A stretch of DNA of 64,000 nucleotides, taken from Candidatus Altimarinota bacterium (lineage in GTDB: Bacteria > Patescibacteriota > Gracilibacteria > UBA4473). The notes under the pieces were generated by a model. It made no database searches. It was not told the origin of the DNA and saw only the letters and a list, made by a program, of their open reading frames with translations. The stretch lies in contig OZ246423.1 in the NCBI GenBank assembly GCA_965231215.1, forward strand, positions 448,001 to 512,000, in the 5' to 3' direction. Numbering within the stretch: position 1 is the stretch's first letter; the number at the start of each line of letters is the position of its first letter. This document shows positions 49,107 to 58,663 of this stretch, one piece after another. A program made the translations under genes and the position numbers.

Positions 49107-52100
49107 CTACTGATCTTCTACCGTTTTGGGAATGACTTTTACCGTTAAAGCATCTGTACGTTGATTAGTTCCATCAGAGATTGTTAACTGAACTCTGTAG
49201 AACCCCGGATCTCTGAAACGATGCCCGATATTTTGTCCGGTTAGTCTCGTTCCATCTCCCATATCCCATTCAAAGAAGACCGCTTGATCCAATGAAGCAT
49301 CTGGCAATTGGCCATACAAGAAAAGATTAGTTTCAGTATTTACTACCACATCAGAAAGCAACCCCTCTAAATAATGCATCTGCCCAAAAGCTTCAGCCGA
49401 GCTAAAGTCTCCCGCTTCAATTTTATCAATCTCAGCTTGAAGTTCCGCCTTAGCTTCTGGATCATCAATATCTTTTAGTTCTTTCAATAAAGATTCTTTA
49501 TAGAGCGCAATATCTTTCTGGAACTGATCTTGTAGAGCTTCTCTCAAAGTTTGTTCAATACGTTTTACTTCAATAATTTCTTTTTTTACTTTTTGTAGAC
49601 TTTCCTCAAGCTCTACTTGTTGATCATTGGTAATATTGGTTTTAAGTGTGGCTTCAATTTCAGATTTTTGGTTATCTAAATTTATTTTTAATTCCCCAAA
49701 AGTCTTTTGTCTTTCTTGTGGGTTATAGAATCGGCTCAAAAGTTCATATTGAACTGCAATAGCATTAATTTTATCGAGTAATCCTGCTTTGATATTCTCA
49801 TCCTTTGTCTCAACGTAAGTTCGGGTAAGATCAAGACGACTTTCAGCCAAAGCTTTTTGGGCATTTTCCAAGGTCGTCAAATCTGTAATCCCAGAATCTG
49901 GAAGGGTTTTAAGTACTTTTAAAGTGTCGTCTAGTTTAACAATTTTTTCACGAAGGACTTCTATTTGAGTGGTGTCTCTTTCCGCTCGAAATTGCTCAAT
50001 CAAACCTTTCTTTTTGGTCTCTATTCGATCCACCAGATCTATAACCGCCATATCTGGAGAAAATCCAGACTGATCTACTTCATTAAGAACAGAAAGTTGC
50101 GCTCTTAACCCTTTCACCTCTTCCTGAATACCAACTCGTTGCTCATTGTCAGTCGAAGTTGAAAAAACTTCTAAATTTTCTTCAATAAGATCACCAATTC
50201 TTCTTTTAGCCGAAACCACCGTAATATCATCAATAGAAAAATCACCAAAGTTCTCATCGCTATTTTTACTGACGGCAAACCCTAGCTGTTCAAGTAACTT
50301 TGCAATTTCTGATAATCGTGTATCTATTTCATCATTTCTGATGGGATCAGCACTTTGATCCCGCTCTTCTTGAAGTTGAGATTGTTCAGCCCGCAGGGCT
50401 TCAATTTGTTCTTTTAAAAAGTCATTCAGTTCTCCCGCACTTACGTTTTCACCCAAGTTTTTCTCTATTTCTGAGAGGTCTAATTGAACAGAGGTGAGTT
50501 TTTCTAAATCAGAAAGTAAAAGCTCTAAAGTATCGATTTGTGAGCGATAAAGATTTCGAGTCGGTTCATCTTCTGTTTCAGAAATTTTCAATTCTAGATC
50601 GGTTTTCCTCTCTATAAGTTCTTCTTTATAAACCGTCGCAAATTCCCCTAATACGTCATCACTTTGGAGGTATTTTTGAACCCGTTCAATATCAAGCCCA
50701 ATACCAAATCGTTTTTCTCTATCGGTTTCAGCCGCCAATTGCTCTTTAAGGGTAATAAGCTGTTGATTGAGGTAGTCTCTCTGGTCTTTGATCACTTTGG
50801 CTTTAAGTCGTTTTAGCTCTTCTTGCAAAATAGCCGCTTCTTGCTGAATACCACTCTCTCCAGTAGCATAAAGCGTATTGAGCCGATTAAGATCTTCATC
50901 AACCACGGAAAGTTTTCGCTCTAGAGCCAGCTTTTTCTTTGCTTCTTGTTCAGTTTCAAGCGCCTCTAGTAACACTCTTCTTTCGGTCTCACGTTCTTCT
51001 TTTCGTTTTTCAGCTAGTTCTCTGGCAATACGCTGTCGTTCCAAGGCCTCATTTTTAGATTTTTCGGCTGCACTAGAAAGTTTTTTTACTCTTTCGGCTA
51101 AGGCTTCTTTATTTCCAGGCCCAGCAATGCTCACTCCAGGCAGGTCTCCTGTCGTGCCATCAGATTGCATCTGCACATTTCTTTGAAGACTTTCGGCTCT
51201 GTTGACAAGTACTTCTGCACTGGCTTTTACCGATTGCACTCCATCACTTACCGTTACACTAGCTCTATAACGTCCAGGACGTTCATATCGGTAAGCTGGA
51301 TTTTGGATAAACATACGTCCACCATCGCCCATTTCCCAAAGGTATTCGAGCCTATCCGCATCTGGATCTTCAGCTTTTAGATAAAACCTGAAGATTGTAT
51401 TAGTGTCTCCCACTTGTTTTGGCATCACGCCTCGAACTTCAATTTTAGGGGGCCTATTTTTTGGTACTTCTGCTTCTACTTCAATAACAGAAACGGTCAT
51501 CCGTTCCTCAATCGTAGCAATACCATCGGTTACTCTTAGGAGTATTTCTTTATCTCCTGGTTCTTGAAATCGGTGCTGCAGTTGAGGCGCAAAACTTTTT
51601 CTTCCATCAGGCAAAACCCATTCATACCGAAGCGCATCTCTATCCTCATCTGTGGCTTCTGCAAAGAAGTTAAACAGCGTTTTTAGATCCCCTTGGTTCC
51701 CTGGGGTTACATTTATTTTGGCCTTTGGAGCGTTATTAAAGGACTCTTTTTCAAAAGCAAAAGATTCCGTACTATCAAAAGTATGCCTCCCAGAACGGTC
51801 ATCAAACGCCGTCACTCTAAAGTGGTATATATGAGGTCCCGGAAACGATCCAACATCAAAGTAAGCAATCGGTTGATTCACTACTTGCGCGAGTACTAAT
51901 CGCCCCTTTTCTAATACTTCAAACTTATAGCTCACTACTTGCCCATCATTATCGGCAGCATCAGCCGTCAAAATAATCTGCCCAGGGATGTTTTGGTTTA
52001 CCGCATATCGTAAAGAATTCACAAATGGAGGTTCATTTTCTAAGACTACCTGAATATTATCCTGATCCCGAATGTGAGGTTGATCAGGGTCAAAAACAGA

Positions 52101-52598
52101 CAACCCTACACGATAAGTCCCAACCTGATTAAAGATTCCCTGAAGCAAGGATTTATCATACTCACGTCCATTAACACTCCACGCCTCTTCAAAGACATTT
52201 CTTCCGTTAGAAACCGAACGTGAGTCTAAAGATATTTTGTCTCCTACTTTAGCTTTAATGGTGTTGCCTACAACCGTTACCCCATTGACTGAAGCCTCGA
52301 TGGCTGCCGTAGGTCTATCCAAATTCTGGACCATCACATTTTTAGTCACTTCATTGGTTTCTCCATTAGCGGCCGTTACTTTGAGCGTTATACTTTTAGG
52401 CCCTGCCTCATCAAAAGTGTACTGGACTATAGAACCCGTAAGCGCAACCCCTCCTGGAAAAATCCATTGATAACTATTCCCAGCCCCACTTTTAGCTCTA
52501 AAAGTTGCCGGCTTTCCTTTTATAACAGTCGAGGCGGCCTCAACGAGGCCGCCCAAACACATAAGGAACAGAAATAATACGAAGATAAATGGTCTCAT
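49107..52598 (-). CDS. Secreted PKD protein with a ~600-aa central helical/coiled-coil stalk
   Basis: N-terminal PKDs (YLWEMGDG), a Glu/Lys/Leu-rich helical middle and a terminal PKD (FEWDMGDG). Confidence 0.85.
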   Translation of the reverse strand: MRPFIFVLFLFLMCLGGLVEAASTVIKGKPATFRAKSGAGNSYQWIFPGGVALTGSIVQYTFDEAGPKSITLKVTAANGETNEVTKNVMVQNLDRPTAAIEASVNGVTVVGNTIKAKVGDKISLDSRSVSNGRNVFEEAWSVNGREYDKSLLQGIFNQVGTYRVGLSVFDPDQPHIRDQDNIQVVLENEPPFVNSLRYAVNQNIPGQIILTADAADNDGQVVSYKFEVLEKGRLVLAQVVNQPIAYFDVGSFPGPHIYHFRVTAFDDRSGRHTFDSTESFAFEKESFNNAPKAKINVTPGNQGDLKTLFNFFAEATDEDRDALRYEWVLPDGRKSFAPQLQHRFQEPGDKEILLRVTDGIATIEERMTVSVIEVEAEVPKNRPPKIEVRGVMPKQVGDTNTIFRFYLKAEDPDADRLEYLWEMGDGGRMFIQNPAYRYERPGRYRASVTVSDGVQSVKASAEVLVNRAESLQRNVQMQSDGTTGDLPGVSIAGPGNKEALAERVKKLSSAAEKSKNEALERQRIARELAEKRKEERETERRVLLEALETEQEAKKKLALERKLSVVDEDLNRLNTLYATGESGIQQEAAILQEELKRLKAKVIKDQRDYLNQQLITLKEQLAAETDREKRFGIGLDIERVQKYLQSDDVLGEFATVYKEELIERKTDLELKISETEDEPTRNLYRSQIDTLELLLSDLEKLTSVQLDLSEIEKNLGENVSAGELNDFLKEQIEALRAEQSQLQEERDQSADPIRNDEIDTRLSEIAKLLEQLGFAVSKNSDENFGDFSIDDITVVSAKRRIGDLIEENLEVFSTSTDNEQRVGIQEEVKGLRAQLSVLNEVDQSGFSPDMAVIDLVDRIETKKKGLIEQFRAERDTTQIEVLREKIVKLDDTLKVLKTLPDSGITDLTTLENAQKALAESRLDLTRTYVETKDENIKAGLLDKINAIAVQYELLSRFYNPQERQKTFGELKINLDNQKSEIEATLKTNITNDQQVELEESLQKVKKEIIEVKRIEQTLREALQDQFQKDIALYKESLLKELKDIDDPEAKAELQAEIDKIEAGDFSSAEAFGQMHYLEGLLSDVVVNTETNLFLYGQLPDASLDQAVFFEWDMGDGTRLTGQNIGHRFRDPGFYRVQLTISDGTNQRTDALTVKVIPKTVEDQ

Positions 52599-52600
52599 GA

Positions 52601-54565
52601 CTAGTTGACTTCAAAATCAATCGGAACCGTTGTTTCAACATTAACTGTTTTAACAAGTGGCTCTGATCTAAGGAAACCCCCTTCATAAGATTCTACCACT
52701 ACTAGTTCTACTTTTTTCGAACCAGTCGTTTTAAATTCATAATTAATTTCTGGAGAGTTCGATTGTTGAAAATCACCATCAAAGTTCCAGAAATATACAA
52801 GTCCTTGATTGGTTCCAGCCGTGTTAATACTCTGACGAGCATTGAATCTAAACTCTGCTGGCTTGTTTGAATTATTAGTTGAACTACTGTCAAACTCAGC
52901 CGTTGGCTTATTGGTAATAACCTGAATAATACGAGTAAAGGTATCAATCATTCCCACCACATTGTGAACTTCAAGGTTCACTTCATATCGCCCTGGAGCT
53001 GAAAATTTAACTTCAGCTTGTTGTCCAAAGGTTCCAGCAAAACATCCTCGAGAAACATTCTCTTCATCTCTAATGTTATCAAAAACTTCATCTTCTGCTG
53101 CTGGCTTACAATACCATTTGTAGTTACTGATAGAGCCAATACTGGTGGTTGTAGCGCTCGCATCCAGCGGTAAGATTTCTCCTACTACTACTCGAGATTT
53201 ATTCATATTGAAATAAGCGTTAGTTCCCCCAACAACTAGATCTTTTCTTACAGGAATTTGTTTTCCATCTAGCGTTTGGATAATCGCTCTTATCAGGTAA
53301 GATTTTTCTTCTCCAAACTGATGTTTTACAAACGCTTCAGGATCATTGGTCGTATCAAGAATAGCCTGAGTCCGATCTCCGAAATCAATAATCGCTCTCG
53401 CTTGAATCCCCAACGTAAACGCAAGGCCTTTTCGGGCCACTTCTGGAACCGCCACTGATGTACCTCCAAAATCCTGTACGCCTCCATTTGGATACTTATC
53501 TTCCAGTAATTCGTCTTCTTCCTCATTATTCAGACGGTTAGAGTCATCATTAAGCCCTGATCCAATATCAAGACTTTCAATGCCACTCCCTTCTACTTCT
53601 TTAAGGCTTTTAATTATAAGCAGTGTAGAAACATCATTAAAGAGTGAATCTGCCGCCCCCGGGTCATTTTCAACTAGGTCTGTAATATCAGTACTCGTTC
53701 CATCAGGATTAATAACGGTAGTTCGTCCATCATTGCCGGTCACTACAACCCCCTCTGTTGTAGGGTTTACTGTAGTTCCTGGCACCGTTGGAGTTGAAGG
53801 AGTTCCGCCTGAAATCAAAGGCGTTCCTGACGCTCCATCACGATCATCTCCTCCGATTCCTGCATTTTTAATAATCGTGTTTACTAAGGCATAAGAAGCC
53901 AGCACCACCAAAATACCAATAACTGCAAAAATAATAATTTTTTTAGATTTCTCCATGTTACTGTCATCTCCAACAGAAACGACATAAAGGTAACCCGCAT
54001 AAATCACCATCGCGACCGCAATAAGCCCCAAGAAGGTAAGCGTAAAATTCAATACATTTAAAATATATTGCCTCAGCGATGTATTTTCACCAATTCGGTT
54101 AAATTTATCAGCATCTGGGAGTTCAAAGGCTCCATCTGGAGTCACACCAGATCCACCATTAATACCATCAAAAACATTGTCAAAATTAGCCGAAATAACG
54201 GTTCCCCCAGAAAGATTAAACCCTCCAGTACTAACCGGGCTAAACACAGGATTACCGCTGCTCCCACCATAGCTAAAATTACTGGATGTACTGCCGCCTC
54301 CATAGTAATATCCGCCTCCACCAGAAGAACCTCCTCCAAAAATACTTCGCACTCCATTCACGAGGTTAGATCCATTTTGTAGCGCATTAAGTCCGTTACT
54401 AATACCTCCCAAAATATTTCCACTAGAAAAAGAGTTAACCGCATTAGAAATAGAGCCCACCGTATTGGAAAAAGCATTTCCCAAACTTCCAAAGAAAGCC
54501 TGCCCCGTCACAGGGGCGAGAAGAAGTGATAAAACTAAAACGAAACCGAATATTTGTTTTTTCAT
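52601..54565 (-). CDS. TrbC/VirB2-like pilin domain fused to PKD domains
   Basis: Gly/Ser-rich N-terminus, pilin motif LGLIAVAMVIYAGYLYV...SKKIIIFAVIGILVVLASYALVN, C-terminal PKDs. Confidence 0.8.
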   Translation of the reverse strand: MKKQIFGFVLVLSLLLAPVTGQAFFGSLGNAFSNTVGSISNAVNSFSSGNILGGISNGLNALQNGSNLVNGVRSIFGGGSSGGGGYYYGGGSTSSNFSYGGSSGNPVFSPVSTGGFNLSGGTVISANFDNVFDGINGGSGVTPDGAFELPDADKFNRIGENTSLRQYILNVLNFTLTFLGLIAVAMVIYAGYLYVVSVGDDSNMEKSKKIIIFAVIGILVVLASYALVNTIIKNAGIGGDDRDGASGTPLISGGTPSTPTVPGTTVNPTTEGVVVTGNDGRTTVINPDGTSTDITDLVENDPGAADSLFNDVSTLLIIKSLKEVEGSGIESLDIGSGLNDDSNRLNNEEEDELLEDKYPNGGVQDFGGTSVAVPEVARKGLAFTLGIQARAIIDFGDRTQAILDTTNDPEAFVKHQFGEEKSYLIRAIIQTLDGKQIPVRKDLVVGGTNAYFNMNKSRVVVGEILPLDASATTTSIGSISNYKWYCKPAAEDEVFDNIRDEENVSRGCFAGTFGQQAEVKFSAPGRYEVNLEVHNVVGMIDTFTRIIQVITNKPTAEFDSSSTNNSNKPAEFRFNARQSINTAGTNQGLVYFWNFDGDFQQSNSPEINYEFKTTGSKKVELVVVESYEGGFLRSEPLVKTVNVETTVPIDFEVN

Positions 54566-54570
54566 GTATT

Positions 54571-55161
54571 TTAGAAAACCGCTTCCATCACGGTGTTAAC
54601 AATAGCATAAGCTGCAAGGATAATGAGTATCCCGATCACAACCCAGATAATAATTTTTTTGGCCGTTTCCATACGACTGTCGTCGCCAAGAGAAGTAATG
54701 TAAACAAAACCAGCCCAAACCAGAGCCACAACAGCAATTAAGGCAGTAACAGACAATAAAAAGTTAATCCATCCAATGATAAGTTCTTTTATATCACGTT
54801 CTTTGGAAACATTATCATCCAAGAATTGCTCCGTGATAAGAGCGCCTTCCTGCAACCCAGGCCCGTTAAATACTGGCCCTCCATAAGGCAAATTCACCGC
54901 TCCTCCACTACTGGAAGTATTAATGACAGCGTTATTACGTGTAGGTTCTAAGACTCGATCCAAATAATCAGAAAGCCCAGAAGTGCTTGTCCCTGTAGTA
55001 TTAGCACTCTTAATTCCTTCACTATTGCCTGTATCAATACTACTAGTGATAAAATCATTAAAATCCCTAGCTGAAGCGTCTAACTGAAACATAAAAATAC
55101 AGGCAAATGAACACAAAACGCCCATCAAGCCCCAATTAAATATCATCTTTGCCTGTTTCAT
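54571..55161 (-). CDS. TrbC/VirB2-like CPR pilin
   Basis: IAVVALVWAGFVYITSLGD...AKKIIIWVVIGILIILAAYAIVN. Confidence 0.85.
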   Translation of the reverse strand: MKQAKMIFNWGLMGVLCSFACIFMFQLDASARDFNDFITSSIDTGNSEGIKSANTTGTSTSGLSDYLDRVLEPTRNNAVINTSSSGGAVNLPYGGPVFNGPGLQEGALITEQFLDDNVSKERDIKELIIGWINFLLSVTALIAVVALVWAGFVYITSLGDDSRMETAKKIIIWVVIGILIILAAYAIVNTVMEAVF

Positions 55162-55292
55162 TGGTATTTATTTTATTCTTCATATTATATCATAAGATAT
55201 TTTTGTATTCAAGCCCAAAAAATTATGCATAAATGAGGCTAAAAGACCGTACTTGAATAAAAAATAGAGGAAGATATGCTGTAATCTACAAA

Positions 55293-55667
55293 ATGAGAGT
55301 TGATAAATGGATCTGGGCCGTGCGAATGGTAAAATCTAGAACTTTAGCCGGAGAATGCTGTAAAAGAGGGCAAGTATGGATAAACCAAGAAAAAGCCAAA
55401 CCTGCCAAAACCCTCCACATAGGGGACATTGTAGAAGTTGAAATAAAATCGGTTTATAAAAAATACAAAGTCACTGGATTTATACCCAAAAGAGTAAGCG
55501 CTGAACTCGCCGCACAGAACTTTGAAGACTTAACCCCAAAAGCTGAACAAACTCAAACCTCTAGCACAGAACCTCAATTTTGGGGACAGAGAAAAAAAGG
55601 CGAAGGCCGCCCCACAAAGAAAGATCGAAGAAAGATTGACGAAGCTAAACTTCTAGATGAAATTTAA
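55293..55667 (+). CDS. hslR: S4-domain RNA-binding heat shock protein Hsp15
   Basis: Motifs MRVDKWIWAVR..KSR, AKPAK, GRPTKKDRR. Confidence 0.92.
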   Translation: MRVDKWIWAVRMVKSRTLAGECCKRGQVWINQEKAKPAKTLHIGDIVEVEIKSVYKKYKVTGFIPKRVSAELAAQNFEDLTPKAEQTQTSSTEPQFWGQRKKGEGRPTKKDRRKIDEAKLLDEI

Positions 55668-55706
55668 AAAACGAGGCGCTTACAATTTTAGCATCGCGCC
55701 TCGTTT
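55668..55706. terminator. Probable bidirectional terminator
   Basis: AAACGAGGCGC...GCGCCTCGTTT between convergent genes. Confidence 0.7.
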
Positions 55707-55731
55707 AATTAGAAAGCTTAAATTCAAGTAA

Positions 55732-58536
55732 TTAGCGATTCTCACATCTGAGGAACTGTTTTTGTTCTTCGCAGATTTTTGAGAAATCTTCATCACTTTC
55801 ATAACACTCACTCCACTCTCTCCAGATAGTTTTACACTGAGACTGGTTTTTACATTCCAGTTCATCATAAATCTGATTACACGCTTTTTCATCTAGTTCA
55901 GTTCGTGCGACCTCATTTAAATCATCCCAAGTATGGGCCTCAATAACATTGGGGGAGATAGTGTAGAAGTGATCCCCAATATAGATAATTCGTTGAACAT
56001 TGTATTCATGGTTTCCGTGTCTTCGAGTTCCCTTCTCACTCCAATAATCATCTGTATAGTGAGTTACTTTGCCTCGAAGTGTAAATCCATCATCTAAATC
56101 AATATCATAAACAAAGGCCCCATTATAAACCTGTTTTGTTGGCTGGTAGTTATTTTTAGCCGGCCCATCTTTAGCCATTACCGAAATAGGAAGCCCCAAA
56201 ATACCTTCACGTTTATCAAACAAGAAAGCTTTGTGGTTATTGAGTACTTCACTGTAAGTGCCCGTGTCTCCAATGATTTTTTTGTGCGTTTCACGAGGAT
56301 TTGTGACATCACTCACATCAAAGATAGAAATTTTAAGCCCTAGGACTTCATCCGACGTTAGACGATCATCTTCTTCAGCCCCTTCTTTCACCTCTTTTCC
56401 AAGCCCAATAAGGTGATTCTCATCATAGGGGTGTAAGTAATCTGACCATCCAGGGATTTTGAGTTCTCCCAAAACTTTGGGATTATTCGGATCAAGATCT
56501 AGAACAAACAATGGATCTACGTGTTTAAACGTCACCATATACCCTTTCTGCCCCATAAATCGAACTGATTTAATACTTTCTCCTGGAGCAATCCCGTCTA
56601 CAAACCCTGTCATTTTTAAACCTGAATCTAAAATATTCATTCGTGAACCTTCTTGGTCAAGTTGAGTCGCAATTCGAAAATGACCGCTTTCGGCTTCACT
56701 CATAGAAAACTGATTCAGTATTCGCCCAGGCACAGAACCCTTAGCGGTAAATTCGATATCATTTCCCTTTAGGGCAAACTTATAAATTTCGGTGAGAGGC
56801 TCGTAATGCCATCCATCCCAAGTTCGGTTTTGTATAAATCGTTCTCGGTGTTGAGTTCGGGTCACATACAAATTCTTTCCAGAAGCATAGAGTTCTTCTC
56901 CACTTCCCAGCATCATAGTCCGTCCTACTTTTTGTTCGATATCTTTGGTGTTAATAGCCGCAACAATAAGGTAGTTTGGCTGCTCAAAATTCGGGAAATA
57001 ATAAATATCATGACACGGAACAATCATCATCTTCTCTTCACTACTAGCCGAATCCCTCAGGACTGGTAAATCCGTTTCTGAAAACACCGGCATAGGTCTC
57101 CCCCACCAATAATTTTGGTATTTGTTGGTAACCAGATAAACCATATCTCCAATCTTTCGAGAATTAGTGTAATTTCCTTCAACACTTACTTTCCGAATTA
57201 TTTGGGGAGCTTGGTTTTCAGGGTCAGAAACATCAAATGAAGCAACTACTGTAAACTGTTTATTCGTCCCGCCTGGATAAAGGTAACCACGTCCCGGAGC
57301 AACAGCTAAGGCCACTTCGTTGCTAGGCGGATCCACAAATTCTACTTCTCCTAAAGATTTCATATCTAAAGACTCTAAAATATCATCCAAAGGAGCCTCT
57401 TTTTCTAGCTGTGTTGGAAATACTTCATCTTCTAAAAATGGTTCTGGCACTGGCAAAGGCACTGGTTTATCGTAGTTAACATATTCATTCATTCCTCCAA
57501 CAACCGTCAAAATTCCGTTGTCTACATACATTTCACGAGCCCAAAAATTTTTGGCATTATCTACTGTAAAATTGGCTACTTGTTTAAGCTCTGTAGCCGG
57601 ATAAGCCTCTACAATTCGAATCGTATTGTTTCGGATCATGTAGATATATTTTCCATCATTTTTAATAATATCGGCTTCATCCACTCCAAATTCTTGGACA
57701 TTAGTGGTTGAGTAATTTGAAGCCCCTCCAGCACCAACCCCTGTACTACTATCAGAGGAAACTTTAGCTGACTCAGACCTTGCCATAGCCGCTTGTGGCA
57801 CAGTCGAAACTTCAGCTTCAGCAAAATCCTCCATCAACATATTGACTCGACCTCCAAAAAATTGATTTCTCTGGGGGCCTTGCCGTTTTTGATATCGTTC
57901 CATTTGGACACTTAGATCTTTACAGGAAGTAATTTTTGGAAGTTCTCCAAGCTCAGCATTATCTACATCATTTCCAGTTTGAAGCCCCCAAATCATTTGG
58001 GCCATTTCACCACGGTTTAGTTTTTGGCCAAAGGTTTCAATAGATTCAGCCACTACCTTATGGCCTTGAAGCGCTCTAATAAATTGCTGATACCAAGGTT
58101 CTGTAGTATCGGTCACTTCGGTATCCAATTCATTTACTTTAGCCACAATTTTACTAGCTTCAGAAAATTTAATTGGATCTCCAGGACGAAAACTGCCATC
58201 CGGATAGCCTTCAACAATACCTGCCTCTGTAGCACTACAAATCACATTGTAGAACCAGTGTTTTCGCTCTACATCACTGTAGATTCTACTGCCTTTTTCA
58301 CACCCTTCTTTAACTAGATTCCCAGCTTTGAGAACAATTTTAAGAAACTCAGCCCGGTTGATTTCTTTCTCTGGCTTAAAGGTTCCATCACTGTAGCCTT
58401 CAATAATCCCTTCATCGGCCAGGTATTCTACCGCCTTTGAGGCTGAAGTGCCTTTAGCATCTTCTAATTGTGCGAGGGCGAGAGGGGTTCCCCAAAAACC
58501 AGCCGAAAACGCAACCAGTAACACTAATTTTTTCAT
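55732..58536 (-). CDS. SLH + secreted beta-propeller domain protein
   Basis: SLH motif GYSDGTFKPEKEINRAE; beta-propeller motifs YSTTNVQEFGVDEADIIKNDG, LNQFSMSE, VDPLFVLDL, GELKIPGWSDYLHP. Confidence 0.92.
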   Translation of the reverse strand: MKKLVLLVAFSAGFWGTPLALAQLEDAKGTSASKAVEYLADEGIIEGYSDGTFKPEKEINRAEFLKIVLKAGNLVKEGCEKGSRIYSDVERKHWFYNVICSATEAGIVEGYPDGSFRPGDPIKFSEASKIVAKVNELDTEVTDTTEPWYQQFIRALQGHKVVAESIETFGQKLNRGEMAQMIWGLQTGNDVDNAELGELPKITSCKDLSVQMERYQKRQGPQRNQFFGGRVNMLMEDFAEAEVSTVPQAAMARSESAKVSSDSSTGVGAGGASNYSTTNVQEFGVDEADIIKNDGKYIYMIRNNTIRIVEAYPATELKQVANFTVDNAKNFWAREMYVDNGILTVVGGMNEYVNYDKPVPLPVPEPFLEDEVFPTQLEKEAPLDDILESLDMKSLGEVEFVDPPSNEVALAVAPGRGYLYPGGTNKQFTVVASFDVSDPENQAPQIIRKVSVEGNYTNSRKIGDMVYLVTNKYQNYWWGRPMPVFSETDLPVLRDSASSEEKMMIVPCHDIYYFPNFEQPNYLIVAAINTKDIEQKVGRTMMLGSGEELYASGKNLYVTRTQHRERFIQNRTWDGWHYEPLTEIYKFALKGNDIEFTAKGSVPGRILNQFSMSEAESGHFRIATQLDQEGSRMNILDSGLKMTGFVDGIAPGESIKSVRFMGQKGYMVTFKHVDPLFVLDLDPNNPKVLGELKIPGWSDYLHPYDENHLIGLGKEVKEGAEEDDRLTSDEVLGLKISIFDVSDVTNPRETHKKIIGDTGTYSEVLNNHKAFLFDKREGILGLPISVMAKDGPAKNNYQPTKQVYNGAFVYDIDLDDGFTLRGKVTHYTDDYWSEKGTRRHGNHEYNVQRIIYIGDHFYTISPNVIEAHTWDDLNEVARTELDEKACNQIYDELECKNQSQCKTIWREWSECYESDEDFSKICEEQKQFLRCENR

Positions 58537-58663
58537 GAAATACGAGGTTATAGATTAATTTATGTTTCTGTATACGCCGATTTTACCCTCCGTGTGACAA
58601 AAGGGCAAAAAGACCTATAAACCCAGAATTGAAAAAATTACTGTTTCATGCTAAAATACCAAG

